Positions 39,667-49,980 are shown, counted from the stretch's first letter. The stretch is DNA of 64,000 nt from an uncultured Gemmatimonadales bacterium (GCA_963807645.1 CAWECO010000009.1:66214-130213); one strand, 5' to 3'. Numbers and translations are program-made. Notes: generated by a model not told the origin, from the sequence alone.

Positions 39667-41238
39667 ATGAGAAGCAAGTTCTTCAACTGCACCCTCGGGG
39701 CGCTGGCCGCGCTTCTGCTGGCCATTCCCGCCGCCGCACAGGACAAGCCCAACATCCTCGTCGTGTGGGGCGACGACATCGGCCAATCCAACATCAGCGC
39801 CTACACGATGGGCGTGATGGGATACCGGACTCCGAACATCGACCGCATCGCCAACGAAGGCATGATCTTTACGGACTACTACGCCGAACAGAGCTGCACG
39901 GCAGGACGCTCGTCGTTCATCATGGGCCAGAGCGTGTTCCGGACGGGCCTGTCGAAGGTCGGTCTTCCGGGCTCCGATATCGGAATGCGGGTGGAAGACC
40001 CCACGATCGCGGTCGTCCTGAAGGAGCAGGGCTACGCGACGGGACAGTTCGGGAAGAACCACCTCGGTGACAAGGACGAGATGCTCCCGACGAACCACGG
40101 GTTCGACGAGTTCCTCGGCAATTTGTACCACCTCAACGCCGAGGAAGAGCCGGAGCTCGAGGACTATCCCGGCGACATGATCACGTCCGACGGCCGGACC
40201 TTCCTGGAGCGGTACGGCCCGCGCGGCGTGATTCACAGCTGGGCCAACGCAGACGGCACCCAGCGAGTCGAGGACACCGGGCCCCTGACGAAGAAGCGCA
40301 TGGAGACGGTGGATGACGAAACATCGGACGCCGCCGTTCGCTTCATCCGCGATGCGCATGAGCGCGGGGAGCCGTTCTTCGTGTGGTGGAGCGGGACGCG
40401 CATGCACTTCCGGACTCACGTCAAGCCGGAACTTCGCGGGATTTCTGGGCAGGACGAATACTCCGACGGCATGGTCGAGCATGACATGCACATCGGCAAG
40501 TTCCTCGCCCTGCTGGACGAGCTGGGAATCGCGGACAACACGATCGTGTTCTACAGCACCGACAATGGCCCGCACATGAACACCTGGCCCGATGCGGGAA
40601 TGACGCCGTTCAGGGGCGAGAAGAACACGAACTGGGAAGGCGGCTGGCGCGTGCCGGCGATGGTACGCTGGCCAGGGAACATCCCGGCCGGTTCCGTGAC
40701 GAACGAGATCGTGCACCACATGGATTGGCTGCCGACCTTCGCGGCGGCGGCGGGCAAGGACGACGTCAAGGAAGACTTGCTGGACGGCTGGGATTCGGAG
40801 TCCATGGGGCGGTCCTACAGGGTCCACCTGGATGGCTACAACGTGCTCCCGTTGCTGACCGGTGAGTCAGACGTCAGCCCGCGCAACGAGATCTTCTACT
40901 TCTCGGACGACGGTGATCTGACCGCGCTGCGCTACGACGACTGGAAGCTGATCTTCATGGAACAGCGTGTCGAGGCCACTTTCGAGGCGTGGGCCAACCC
41001 CTTCACGCCTCTCCGGGTGCCATTGATGTTCAACCTCAGGCGGGATCCGTTCGAGCGGGCCCAACTCACGTCCAACACCTACTACGACTGGGTTCTCGAC
41101 CACGTCTACTTCATGGTTCCGGCGCAGTCCTACGTAGGGAGTTTCCTGGCGACGTTCCAGGAGTATCCGCCGCGCCAGAAGGCGGCGAGCTTCAGCCTGG
41201 ACCAGGTCATGGAGAAGCTGACTCCGCCGACCGAGTAA
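39667..41238 (+). CDS. Arylsulfatase (type I sulfatase family)
   Basis: Intact 523 aa with signal peptide. Active-site motif SCTAGRSSFIMG (C-x-A-x-R variant) and GKNHLGD. Confidence 0.9.
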   Translation: MRSKFFNCTLGALAALLLAIPAAAQDKPNILVVWGDDIGQSNISAYTMGVMGYRTPNIDRIANEGMIFTDYYAEQSCTAGRSSFIMGQSVFRTGLSKVGLPGSDIGMRVEDPTIAVVLKEQGYATGQFGKNHLGDKDEMLPTNHGFDEFLGNLYHLNAEEEPELEDYPGDMITSDGRTFLERYGPRGVIHSWANADGTQRVEDTGPLTKKRMETVDDETSDAAVRFIRDAHERGEPFFVWWSGTRMHFRTHVKPELRGISGQDEYSDGMVEHDMHIGKFLALLDELGIADNTIVFYSTDNGPHMNTWPDAGMTPFRGEKNTNWEGGWRVPAMVRWPGNIPAGSVTNEIVHHMDWLPTFAAAAGKDDVKEDLLDGWDSESMGRSYRVHLDGYNVLPLLTGESDVSPRNEIFYFSDDGDLTALRYDDWKLIFMEQRVEATFEAWANPFTPLRVPLMFNLRRDPFERAQLTSNTYYDWVLDHVYFMVPAQSYVGSFLATFQEYPPRQKAASFSLDQVMEKLTPPTE

Positions 41239-41267
41239 GGTCGGCGTTGTCCGTAGGCCAAACAAAG

Positions 41268-41295
41268 AGCGGGCGCCCTTGTGGCGCCCGCTTTC
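41268..41295 (+). terminator. Hairpin terminator candidate after the sulfatase gene
   Basis: Perfect 10-bp stem AGCGGGCGCC / GGCGCCCGCT, loop CTTGT, weak T tract (TTC). Confidence 0.5.
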
Positions 41296-41365
41296 GTGGA
41301 ACCTGGAGACGGAAGGTCTTCACTCCGGTGGAACCACGAGGTAGACCGGACCGGGCGCCTGAGAC

Positions 41366-41779
41366 TCAGCGGAACGGGCTCACGACTTCCAGCCCGTCGA
41401 ACAGGCGGCCGTGCTGCAGGTCTTCCGTGTACAGGATGCGGCAACCCGCGGCACGTGCGGTGTGGATGATCAGCCCGTCCCAGAAGTTCACGCCGTGAAG
41501 CCGGTGGATGTCGATGCCGCCCAGGATCGCCGGCATGTCGGTGGTCGCGACGTCGAGCCTGCCAAAGATCTCCACTTTGGCCCTGGCGACTTCTGCGGGC
41601 ACGCCCAGCTTCCGTGTCGCGACGGCGAAGTACTCCTGTAGCACCTGGGTAGACAAGACGCCCCAGCCACCCGTGCTCGCCGACTCCACCAGGTCGAGAG
41701 CAGTTGTTTGCTTTTCGACCGCGTCGGAATCGTCGGTGTAGACGAGGACGTTGGTGTCCAGGAAGCTACGAACGTTCAT
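41366..41779 (-). CDS. vapC: PIN-domain toxin (VapC family)
   Basis: Intact 137 aa from ATG 41779. FLDTNVLVY (first acidic PIN residue), later conserved acidic positions. Overlaps the antitoxin gene by 14 nt. Confidence 0.85.
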   Translation of the reverse strand: MNVRSFLDTNVLVYTDDSDAVEKQTTALDLVESASTGGWGVLSTQVLQEYFAVATRKLGVPAEVARAKVEIFGRLDVATTDMPAILGGIDIHRLHGVNFWDGLIIHTARAAGCRILYTEDLQHGRLFDGLEVVSPFR

Positions 41780-41993
41780 GAATCTCCTCGCGAGTCCAGC
41801 GTCTGCCGCCGGAACGACCGCCACCTTCCTGCGATAGTCTTCGTAGCTCTTCCATGTCCCGCTCGACGCGGTCCCGATCGGTCAGATGCTCCAGGTACTC
41901 CCGGACGACTTGATTCAGGCTCTTTCCCATGGCACCCGCAACTTCGCGAGCGCTCTTCACCAGATCGTCATCGATAGCCAGTGTGATATTCAC
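41766..41993 (-). CDS. vapB: Ribbon-helix-helix-type antitoxin (VapB-like)
   Basis: GTG 41993 preceded by AGGAGG. VNITLAIDDDLVKSAREVAGAMGKSLNQVVREYLEHL is an RHH/CopG-like N-terminus. Confidence 0.75.
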   Translation of the reverse strand: MNITLAIDDDLVKSAREVAGAMGKSLNQVVREYLEHLTDRDRVERDMEELRRLSQEGGGRSGGRRWTREEIHERS

Positions 41994-42008
41994 GACCGCC
42001 TCCTGATT

Positions 42009-42037
42009 ACACATAATACGTGCACACATGATACGTG
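42009..42037. promoter_or_regulatory. Tandem operator-like repeats upstream of vapBC
   Basis: ACACATAATACGTG (42009-42022) and ACACATGATACGTG (42024-42037), 15-bp period, each partly palindromic, immediately upstream of the antitoxin start. Confidence 0.5.
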
Positions 42038-42170
42038 TGACTCGCGCCCTTGACCAGTAAGCAGGCAGGACCGGAGCACGGGATCGACGGAGCTGCGGGC
42101 GCGGGCGGCGGCGGGACGTTGAACGCCGTGGGGCCGATCGCCGTCGGGCGCGTGAACGGAGAGTCGTGTA

Positions 42171-43061
42171 CTAGGTCGCGCGCGCCTGCGGCTGGCTCTC
42201 CGTCCCGTGGCGCTCCTGCCAGCGCACGATGTTGTACTCGGCCCCAAGCAGGAGTACGAGGGCCTCGAAGTACAGCCACAGGAGGAGGACAATGATCGAC
42301 GAAAGCGAGCCGTGGACGGCCTCGAAATCGGCCATGCGGCTCAGGTAGAGGAGGAAGGCACGCTTCCCGAGCTCGAACACGGCCGCCCCGAGAAGAGCTC
42401 CGGGAACGACCTGGCGCCATCGGGTTTCCACGTACGGTGCGACCTTGTAGATCAGGGCGAACATCATGAATGCGAAGGCGAACCCGGTGAACCAAACCGT
42501 CGCGCTTTCGATCGTCCCCGGCTCGATGCCCATACGCCGGATCACATTCAGGTCCCGGTTCGCCAGCACTTCGAGCGCGGCGGTGACCCCGACCGACAGT
42601 AGCAGAAACACAGAGACTACCACCGTCATCAGGAAGTAGCGCAGCGTCGAAAGAAGGCCTGTCTGGGTCCGCTTCGCTTCCAGCGTCTGATTGATTGCGC
42701 GCGTGATGGCTCCGAACCCGGCGCTCGCCGACCACAGCAGGCCCAGAATTCCGACCACGCCCAGGGTGCCCCGCACCCGGACTATACCTTCGAGGTTGCC
42801 CCGTACGAAATTGGCACTTCCTGGCAGGCTCTGGGTGACCAGGTCCATGAGTCGCGCCTGCGCGTCCTCCGATTCCAGGAAGTACCCGGCCGCCGAGAAC
42901 AGCCCCAGAAGAAGCGGGAAGATCGAGAAGAAGGCCCAGAAGGCGATCGCGGCCGCGTGGTCCTTGCCGTTGTCCTTCATTCCCTTCCGCACGGCCAGGT
43001 AGATGAATCTGAGATTCGAGGCCAATCCGGAAGCTGCACTCGCCAGGATCTGTTCTATCAT
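42171..43061 (-). CDS. YihY/BrkB-family membrane protein
   Basis: 296 aa from ATG 43061. DHAAAIAFWAFFSIFPLLL ... LLWLYFEALVLLLGAE is typical of the family. Confidence 0.8.
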   Translation of the reverse strand: MIEQILASAASGLASNLRFIYLAVRKGMKDNGKDHAAAIAFWAFFSIFPLLLGLFSAAGYFLESEDAQARLMDLVTQSLPGSANFVRGNLEGIVRVRGTLGVVGILGLLWSASAGFGAITRAINQTLEAKRTQTGLLSTLRYFLMTVVVSVFLLLSVGVTAALEVLANRDLNVIRRMGIEPGTIESATVWFTGFAFAFMMFALIYKVAPYVETRWRQVVPGALLGAAVFELGKRAFLLYLSRMADFEAVHGSLSSIIVLLLWLYFEALVLLLGAEYNIVRWQERHGTESQPQARAT

Positions 43062-43309
43062 ACTCGAATATGCACTGCAGGCGTGCGTTCCCTCGAACGA
43101 GTGCGACAGCTGGCCCCGACTCGGCCACGGGCGCCCTGATTTCGCTCGGGGTCGTTCGATGGTTGGTACTTCAAGAGCGCCCGGGCGGTGTGGATGATCA
43201 GCCCGGCCGAGAGAATCCCGAACTCGACCAGTATTCAGGCAGGACAATCGAGCTTTGACCCTGTATCTTGGGCGAGCCAATGAACCGAGAACCCCGAACG
43301 AGAGGTCCC

Positions 43310-44349
43310 ATGAGATCCGTGTCCCTTGTTGTTCTCGCCTCGGCAGTCGCTCTGACTGCGTGCGGCGACCGCCCGCCGCAAACCTCGGGCACCATCGATC
43401 AGACCACGGGTGCAGCAGACGCACCCGTGCTTCCTTCCTGGAACCAGGGTCCGACACGCCAGTCCATCGTCGACTTCGTCGAAAGGGTCACAGATCCGGC
43501 CTCGCCGGATTACGTGGCTCCCTCCGAGCGCATCGCGGTGTTCGACAACGATGGAAACCTGTGGGCCGAGCAGCCCCTGTACTTCCAGCTTCTGTTCGCC
43601 CTCGACCGCGTGCGGGCCATGGCGGACGACCACCCGGAGTGGACGGTAACCGAGCCGTTCCGCGCGATTCTCGAGGACGACCGTGAGGCACTGGCGGGCA
43701 TCGGGGAACACGAGCTCGTCGAGATCGTCATGGCCACTCACGCCGGAATGACCATCGACGAATTCGATGCCATCGTGAGCGACTGGCTGGCCACGGCCAC
43801 GCATCCCCGCTTCGGCGTCCCGTACACGGAGCTGGTGTACCAGCCGATGCTGGAACTGCTGAGCTACCTGAGGGACAACGAGTTCAAGACGTTCATCGTG
43901 TCCGGCGGCGGGATGGACATGATCCGGGCGTTCGCCGAACGGGTCTACGGAATCCCGCCGGAGCAGGTCGTGGGCAGCGCCGGGGATCTCGAGTTCTCGC
44001 TGGTCGAGGGCGTCCCCACGTTGACCAAGACGCCGGGGATCAACTTCGTCGATGACAAGGCCGGCAAGCCGGTCGGGCATTCGTCGCTTCATCGGACGCA
44101 GGCCGGTTCTGGCGTCCGGCAATTCGGATGGAGACCTGCAGATGCTCCAGTACACGGCGCCCGGCGATCGCGTCGCCCTCGGCCTGGTGCTCCATCACGA
44201 CGACGGCGAGCGAGAGTGGGCTTACGACCGTGATTCACACATCGGACGGCTGGATGCGGCGCTCGACGAGGCGCCCGATCGCGGCTGGACGGTCATCAGC
44301 ATGAAGGACGACTGGAGCAAGATCTTCCCGTCGCCCGGATCTTCCGTAG
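43310..44349 (+). CDS. HAD-superfamily hydrolase lipoprotein, frame break ~44075; natural 3' end unclear
   Basis: Lipobox ALTACG. HAD motifs IAVFDNDGNLW, FIVSGGG, ASGNSDGDLQML. ORF 43268.. is continued by ORF 44052.., which has no stop before the duplicated signal-peptide ORF (ends 44543). TAG 44347-44349 would need another shift. Confidence 0.7.
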
Positions 44350-44431
44350 AAGCGAGGGTGATAGGATGGGCCCGACACGGCCACATTCCCGGCCGCGTTT
44401 GGAGTGTGAACCTGGATCCTGAGACCTACAG

Positions 44432-44634
44432 CGGAGGACACATGAAGCGTTTTGTACCTTTTGTCCTGGCGCTCGCGCTGGTCCTGGCCTTCGCCCCGCG
44501 GGCGGAGGCGCAGAGGTCGACCGCTGAATTCAGCGACTTATAACGGAGGATACATGAAGCGTCTTGTACCTTTTGTCCTGGCGCTCGCGCTGGTCCTGGC
44601 CTTCGCCCCGCGGGCAGAGGCGCAGAGGTCCACC
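44432..44634 (+). repeat. Tandem direct duplication (2 x ~91 bp, 112-bp period) of RBS + start codon + signal peptide of the porin gene
   Basis: Copy 1 is 44432-44522 (CGGAGGACACATGAAGCGTTTTGTACC...), copy 2 is 44544-44634 (CGGAGGATACATGAAGCGTCTTGTACC...). About 4 mismatches. Both encode MKR(F/L)VPFVLALALVLAFAPRAEAQRS. Confidence 0.9.
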
Positions 44635-45195
44635 TGCGTCTCGGCCTGACCGGTGGCGCCTCGACCAGCAGCGTGGGCGGCGACGTGACTCTCGGTCGGA
44701 GACTGGAAATGGGGAGGCGTGGCCGGGGTCTTCGGCCAGTACTTCACGTCGCCCGGCAGACCTACATTGGTCTCGATGCCAACTGGGTCCAGAAGGGTGG
44801 GAGCAAGGTCGGCTTCTCCGCAGGTCCAGGCCCAGGATCTCAACCTGGAGTACATCGAGTTCCCGCTGACGATCGGTTACACGAACCGGTTCAGCGGTTG
44901 GGAGTCGAATCTGTACATCGGCATCGCGATCTCCTTCCAGATCTCGTGCAAGGTGGTACTAGGGGCAGCCCGAGCGACTCCGTCGACTGCGACGACGTGT
45001 CCCGGGCCTGGCGCCCAAGAAGACGACGGACTGGTCGATTCCGTTCGGATTCGGCTTCACCGCGACCTCGGCGGCTCCCTGCTCGGACTCGACTTCCGCT
45101 ACATGCTGGGCCTGTCGGATATCTTCGAGAATTCGAACATCCGGAACCGCTCCTGGCAGTTCACGGCGAAGTGGGCGGTCCCGATCGGGGACTGA
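44554..45195 (+). pseudogene. Porin-family outer-membrane beta-barrel protein, about 7 frame breaks
   Basis: Signal peptide from ATG 44554. Family-like pieces alternate among three frames (VHLRLGLTGGASTSSVGGD; GVFGQYFTS; IGLDANWVQKGGSKVGFSA; VQAQDLNLEYIEFPLTIGYTNRF; KKTTDWSIPFGFGFT; LLGLDFRYMLGLSDIF...FTAKWAVPIGD). Breaks ~44628, 44715, 44752, 44825, 44955, 45000, 45065. Confidence 0.7.
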
Positions 45196-45221
45196 TCGCC
45201 ACACTGCCGCGATCCCGTAGA

Positions 45222-45257
45222 CAGAAGGCCCGCTTCCGTGAGGAGGCGGGCCTTCTG
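45222..45257. terminator. Bidirectional hairpin terminator between the convergent porin and mscL genes
   Basis: Perfect 12-bp stem CAGAAGGCCCGC / GCGGGCCTTCTG with a 12-nt loop. Confidence 0.55.
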
Positions 45258-45286
45258 TCATCTGTAGTGCGGTCCCGGCGATATGG

Positions 45287-45719
45287 TCAGGCCTGGGCCT
45301 TCATCAGATCCCGGATCTCGCTGAGCAGCGTCTCCTCGGCGCGACGGCTCGGGCGGAGCCTCGGGTGCGGCCTCTTCTTCGGCCTTCATCTTGTTGAAGC
45401 CCTTGATCACCATGAACAGCGCGAAGGCCACGATGATGAAGCTGATGAGGGCGTTGATGAAGATGCCCCAGTTCATCGTCACGGCGCCGGCTTCCTTGGC
45501 GGCGGCCAGCGTGGCGTACGGTCCCGCCGGATCGCCCTGCTGGAGGACCTTGTAGAACTCGGCGAAGTCCACGCCTCCGAGGGCCATGCCGATCGGCGGC
45601 ATGACGATGTCGTTCACCAGCGACGTGATGATCGTCGCGAACGCGGCGCCGATCACGATACCGACCGCCATGTCGAGCATGTTACCCTTGGCGGCGAACT
45701 CCTTGAACTCCTTCAACAT
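45287..45719 (-). CDS. mscL: Large-conductance mechanosensitive channel MscL, one frame break near the 3' end (~45345)
   Basis: AAGGAGG then ATG 45719. [28 protein letters not shown]-terminus [16 protein letters not shown] is in a shifted frame (my translation) with stop 45287-45289. Confidence 0.9.
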
Positions 45720-45838
45720 GTTGGGCCCCTCCTTATAGAGAACCGAAAAACGGACGGGATCTCGCGTGGAGATTAGGTGGCGCATACCGGTGCAGGCAAC
45801 ACGAGTCCCGCCTATCAGACCGCCGGTGAGCCTTCGAG

Positions 45839-47041
45839 TCACATCTTCGTGACGGAAGCACCCGCCGCGGGCTCTGCCACGAACAGGTGATCGTCGAGGT
45901 CATCCAGCCGGTTCCGCTCCGCGTAGAAGCGCTCCTGGATGGCCATCAGAACGCCTTCGACGGTGTCGCTCGTGCAGAGGGCCACCACACACCCGCCCAT
46001 TCCGGCGCCCGTCAGCCGCGCGCCGGCGGCGCCGGCGTCCCGCGCAATGCTGACGAGCTCATCCAGCTCCGGGATGCTCACCTCGTAGTCGTCCGGCCAG
46101 GCTGGCGTGGGAACCGTTCATCAGCATGCCGAAGCCGTTCAGGGAGCCGCGTCGCATAGCGACCTCCGCCCGGACGACCCGTTCGTATTCCGTGACCACG
46201 TGACGGAACCGTTTCCGCAGGTCCCCCTCGAGGCACGCCTCGGCGGCGGCCAGAGCGCTGGGACCCGATACGCGCTCCAGCAGGTCCCGGTAGGAAGCGA
46301 CCTCGGAGGCCGGCAGCGAAAGGTGGCGACCACGGACACCAGGGCCTCCTCGGTCTCGGCGCGGCGACGGTTGTAGCCCTCCCGCGCCCCACCCGACTTG
46401 TGAGCCTGCACCAGGCTGTGGGCCACCACGAACCGCCATCCGTCCGGCACCGGTACCGGCTGGATACGCAGGGGGTCGAACTCCACGCGGGCCGCGCAGC
46501 CGGCGCGGGCCCCGGCACTGATCGCCTGGTCCATTCCACCGCCGCGGGTGCCGACGTATTGCTCTGCCTCGGCCATCAGCTCGGCCAGCTCGATCGGATC
46601 CGGTTCGAGGTCGTTCGAGCCGGCGGCGGCGAGTGCCGTGGCGATCACCAGGGCCGAGGACGAGCTGAGGCCCGCAGCCACCGGCACCGTGGAGTCGATG
46701 ACCGCATCGAACCCCCGCTCGACACCGTAGGCTGTGGCCATCCCCTGGGCGGCGGCCTTCAGGTAGTTGCCCCAGTCTCCGTCTTCGAAGGGTTCGATGA
46801 CGGGCCCGATCTCGAAGTGGCAGGGGGCGTAGGATGGGTCCGACGTCGCGGCCAGGACGATGCCATCGTCCCGCGGTCGAAACGCGATACGCACCTCGCG
46901 CTGCAGGGCCATCGGGAACACCGGCAGTCCGGCGTAGTCGATGTGCTCCCCGATCAGGTTCACCCGGCCCGGTGCCCGGGACAGGTGTGTCGGACTCGTC
47001 TGGTATCGTTCCCGGAACGTCGCTTCGAGGTCTCGTGGCAC
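45839..47041 (-). CDS. galK: Galactokinase (GHMP kinase), two frame breaks (~46330, ~46090)
   Basis: [53 protein letters not shown] spread over ORFs 46139..47173, 46059..47555 and 45839..46081. GTG 47041 start is tentative. Confidence 0.85.
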
Positions 47042-47162
47042 CGTGTCTCCCGCTTTCGCACAGGTAGCCTGTTCGTCGCCGCGCAGTATATTCCGCACCC
47101 GCAGCCAGCGGCGACAGCCCTGTCGCCCCCGTCGCGAACTCGAACGCAACGGCAGACCAGTC

Positions 47163-49083
47163 ATGACCGACACCGCGTCCGTCGAGACCGACCTTCCCTA
47201 CCCGGGCACACGCATCCTGGGCGGATCCACCGAGCGAGAACGTCTGCGCACCGTCGTGGTGGCGGAACCGGACGACATCGCGGTGCTCGTGGCCGAGCGA
47301 ATCTGCGAGATCATCGAGAAGACGGTCGAGGAGCGGGGTCAGTGTGTGCTCGGACTCGCGACCGGGAGCACCCCGCTCGGCATCTACCGTGAACTGATCC
47401 GGCGGCACCTGGCGGGAGAAGTGGACTTCTCCCGGGTCGTGACGTTCAACCTGGACGAGTACTACCCCATGCGCCTGGACAGTCTCCACAGCTACCGGCG
47501 CTTCATGGAGGAGAACTTCTTCCAGTACGTGAACGTCGCGCCGGAGAACGTGCATGTGCCGGATGGAACGGTCGTCCGGACCGATCTGGCCGCTTCACTG
47601 CGAGGAATACGAGAGAGAAATCGCGGACGCCGGCGGCATCGACTATCAGCTCCTCGGAATCGGACGCAGCGGTCACATCGGTTTCAACGAGCCGGGTTCC
47701 TCTCGCGAGTCCCGGACGCGATTGATCACGCTCGACACGATCACCCGGAAGGACGCGGCGTCCGACTTCTTCGGCGAGGCCAACGTCCCGACCGAGGCCA
47801 TCACGATGGGCATCGCGTCGATCCTCGACGCCCGCGAGATCGCCCTCATCGCCACCGGAGAGCACAAGGCGCCGATCGTCCGCCGCGCCGTGGAAGAGGA
47901 GCCGTCCGCGGACGTGACGGCCAGCTACCTGCAGCGACATCCGACCGTCACCGTGTGGCTCGACGGGGCGGCCGCCGGAGAACTCACGCGCATGCGCACT
48001 CCGTGGGTCCTCGGTGAGGTGGACTGGACCCCCGAGATCACCGAACGGGCTGCGGTGTGGCTCGCGGAACAGACGGGTACGCCGCTCCTGAAGCTCTCGC
48101 CCGCCGATTACCGCGAGAACCACCTGGGCGGGCTGCTGGCTCGCCGGGGTCCGGCCGGCGAGATCAACGGAGAGGTGTTCAACGTTCTCAACGACAAGGT
48201 GCGCGGGAAGTCGAAGCTGCCACGCGAGAAGAAGATCCTCGTCTTCTCCCCGCACCCGGACGACGACGTGATTTCGATGGGCGGGATCCTCCGCAAGCTG
48301 TGGCAGAACGAGAACGAGCTGGTCGTGGCGTACATGACGAGTGGGAACATCGCGGTGTTCGACCACGACGTGCGGCGGCACATGGACTTCGTGGAACGGG
48401 CGGCCGACGACCTCGAGTTCGATGCCAAACAGGTGCGCCGCGCCCGGCTGCGCCTCGAGAAGGACTTTGCCGCCAAGGAGCCCGGCGAGCCGGACTCGGT
48501 CCTGGCCCAGAATCTCAAGCGCTACATCCGCGAATCCGAAGCCGTGGCGGCGATCGCCGCCGTCGGACTTCCGCGCAACGCGGCCCGGTTCCTGGACCTG
48601 CCGTTCTACCGCACGGGAGAGGTCCGCAAGCGCCCCATCGGTGAGGAAGACGTCGAGCAGGTGCTCGCCCTGCTGAAGGACGTGAAACCGGACCAGATCT
48701 TCGTGGCCGGCGACCTGTCGGATCCGCACGGGACGCACCGCATGTGCAAACAGGCCATCGACGAGGCGCTGCTCCGGTACCGCGGGCACGCGCCGGAAGT
48801 GTGGCTGTACCGCGGGGCCTGGCAGGAATGGACCATCACGGAGGCCGACGTGCTCGTGCCTCTGTCCCAGGAAGAGCTGCGGGAGAAGATCTTCGCGATC
48901 TTCAAGCACCAGTCACAGAAGGACGTGGCTCCCTTCCCGGGTGGGTACGATGACCGGGAGTTCTGGCAGCGAGTGCAGTCCCGCAACCTCGAGACGGCCG
49001 CGGCGGCCGACCGGCTCGGGCTGCCCGAGTACTATGCGATGGAAGCCTACCGGGTGGAGAAACCGGCGGAGACCCCGGACTGA
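47163..49083 (+). CDS. nagB: Long-form glucosamine-6-phosphate deaminase (NagB domain fused to LmbE/PIG-L-like domain), one frame break (~47575)
   Basis: LGLATGSTPLGIY, LLGIGRSGHIGFNEPGS (NagB). VFSPHPDDDVISMGG (LmbE-type motif). ORF 46941..48017 from ATG 47163 is continued by ORF 47554..49083. Confidence 0.85.
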
Positions 49084-49104
49084 GATCCTCGCCGCGTCTC
49101 CTCT

Positions 49105-49980
49105 CTAGAACTTGAAGACCAGCGACAGGTTCAAGAAGGTATCCAGCTTGTTCAGTGGCGTGAACACGGTACCGGTCTCGGCCCCTCCCGGCGCGTCGAA
49201 CAACGGAACGACCTGAAGAGCGGGATCATTCCGCCACTGCAGCCGAAGGCTCGGCTTGAAGGCCAGAACCGAGCTGATGTCGATCGGAAGCCCGTTGTAC
49301 CAGTCGACCCGGATGTCGTCCGTGTTGTCGAGGTTGAAGTCCGCGATCAGAGTGCTCTCGAAGTCCGTGCTCGCGGTCGCGTTCCAAAGGAAGTCGTAGC
49401 CGAAGCGAAGACCGGCAAAGCTCGATTCGCGGTCGGGATCGGGTATGACGGGAGTCTCGGTCGTGTAGGTCACGACGTAGTCCGTCGTGAACCGGATCGT
49501 CCCATTGTCCACCCAGCGGTTGCCGGCACCCGCGCCGAACACGAAGCGGTCGTCGATTCCCGCGAACGGGTTGCGGAGCCAGTCGCCCGATCCGGTAACG
49601 TAGAACTTGGCGCTCACATCGTAATCGTACCGGGCGCCGGCGAAGAACGTCTCGGCGGTCTTCTCGGTAACCGTCTCCTCGGTCAACTGAAAGTCGTCCT
49701 GGCCCGTGCCGAACGCGGTCGAGGTGGTGAGCGACGACTCCGATCTGAATCCACCGGCTGTGAACTTGATCTGGCTGCGGGGCCACAGGTAATCGGCGGT
49801 CCCGTTCAAGGCGAGCGTGGACGTCTCCTGGTTTCCGCCCGTCCACAACGCACCGATATCCGCCGTGAAGGCCCACCCGAGCTGTCGCTCGTCATCCTGC
49901 GCGAAGGCGGGGACCGCCATCGCGGACAGCAGGATCGCTGATCCAGCCAATGTCCAACTCAGACGCTTGATCGAGATCAT
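49105..49980 (-). CDS. DUF481-like outer-membrane beta-barrel protein
   Basis: 291 aa from ATG 49980 with signal peptide. Alternating strands and C-terminal ...LSLVFKF. It is the 3' part of the composite track ORF 49105..51234. Confidence 0.6.
   Translation of the reverse strand: MISIKRLSWTLAGSAILLSAMAVPAFAQDDERQLGWAFTADIGALWTGGNQETSTLALNGTADYLWPRSQIKFTAGGFRSESSLTTSTAFGTGQDDFQLTEETVTEKTAETFFAGARYDYDVSAKFYVTGSGDWLRNPFAGIDDRFVFGAGAGNRWVDNGTIRFTTDYVVTYTTETPVIPDPDRESSFAGLRFGYDFLWNATASTDFESTLIADFNLDNTDDIRVDWYNGLPIDISSVLAFKPSLRLQWRNDPALQVVPLFDAPGGAETGTVFTPLNKLDTFLNLSLVFKF

Noticed and set aside
41239-43309. Mobile element or prophage remnant around vapBC/yihY, and likewise around the XRE islet
   Set aside because: No integrase, transposase, recombinase, tRNA target or flanking direct or inverted repeats could be found by eye. 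The XRE islet is kept only as a compositional anomaly.
44432-44634. CRISPR array or other multi-copy repeat array (also considered for 59139-59566 and 42009-42037)
   Set aside because: Only two copies occur in each case. The repeats are coding 5' ends or operator-sized motifs, there is no spacer-repeat periodicity, and no cas genes are present.
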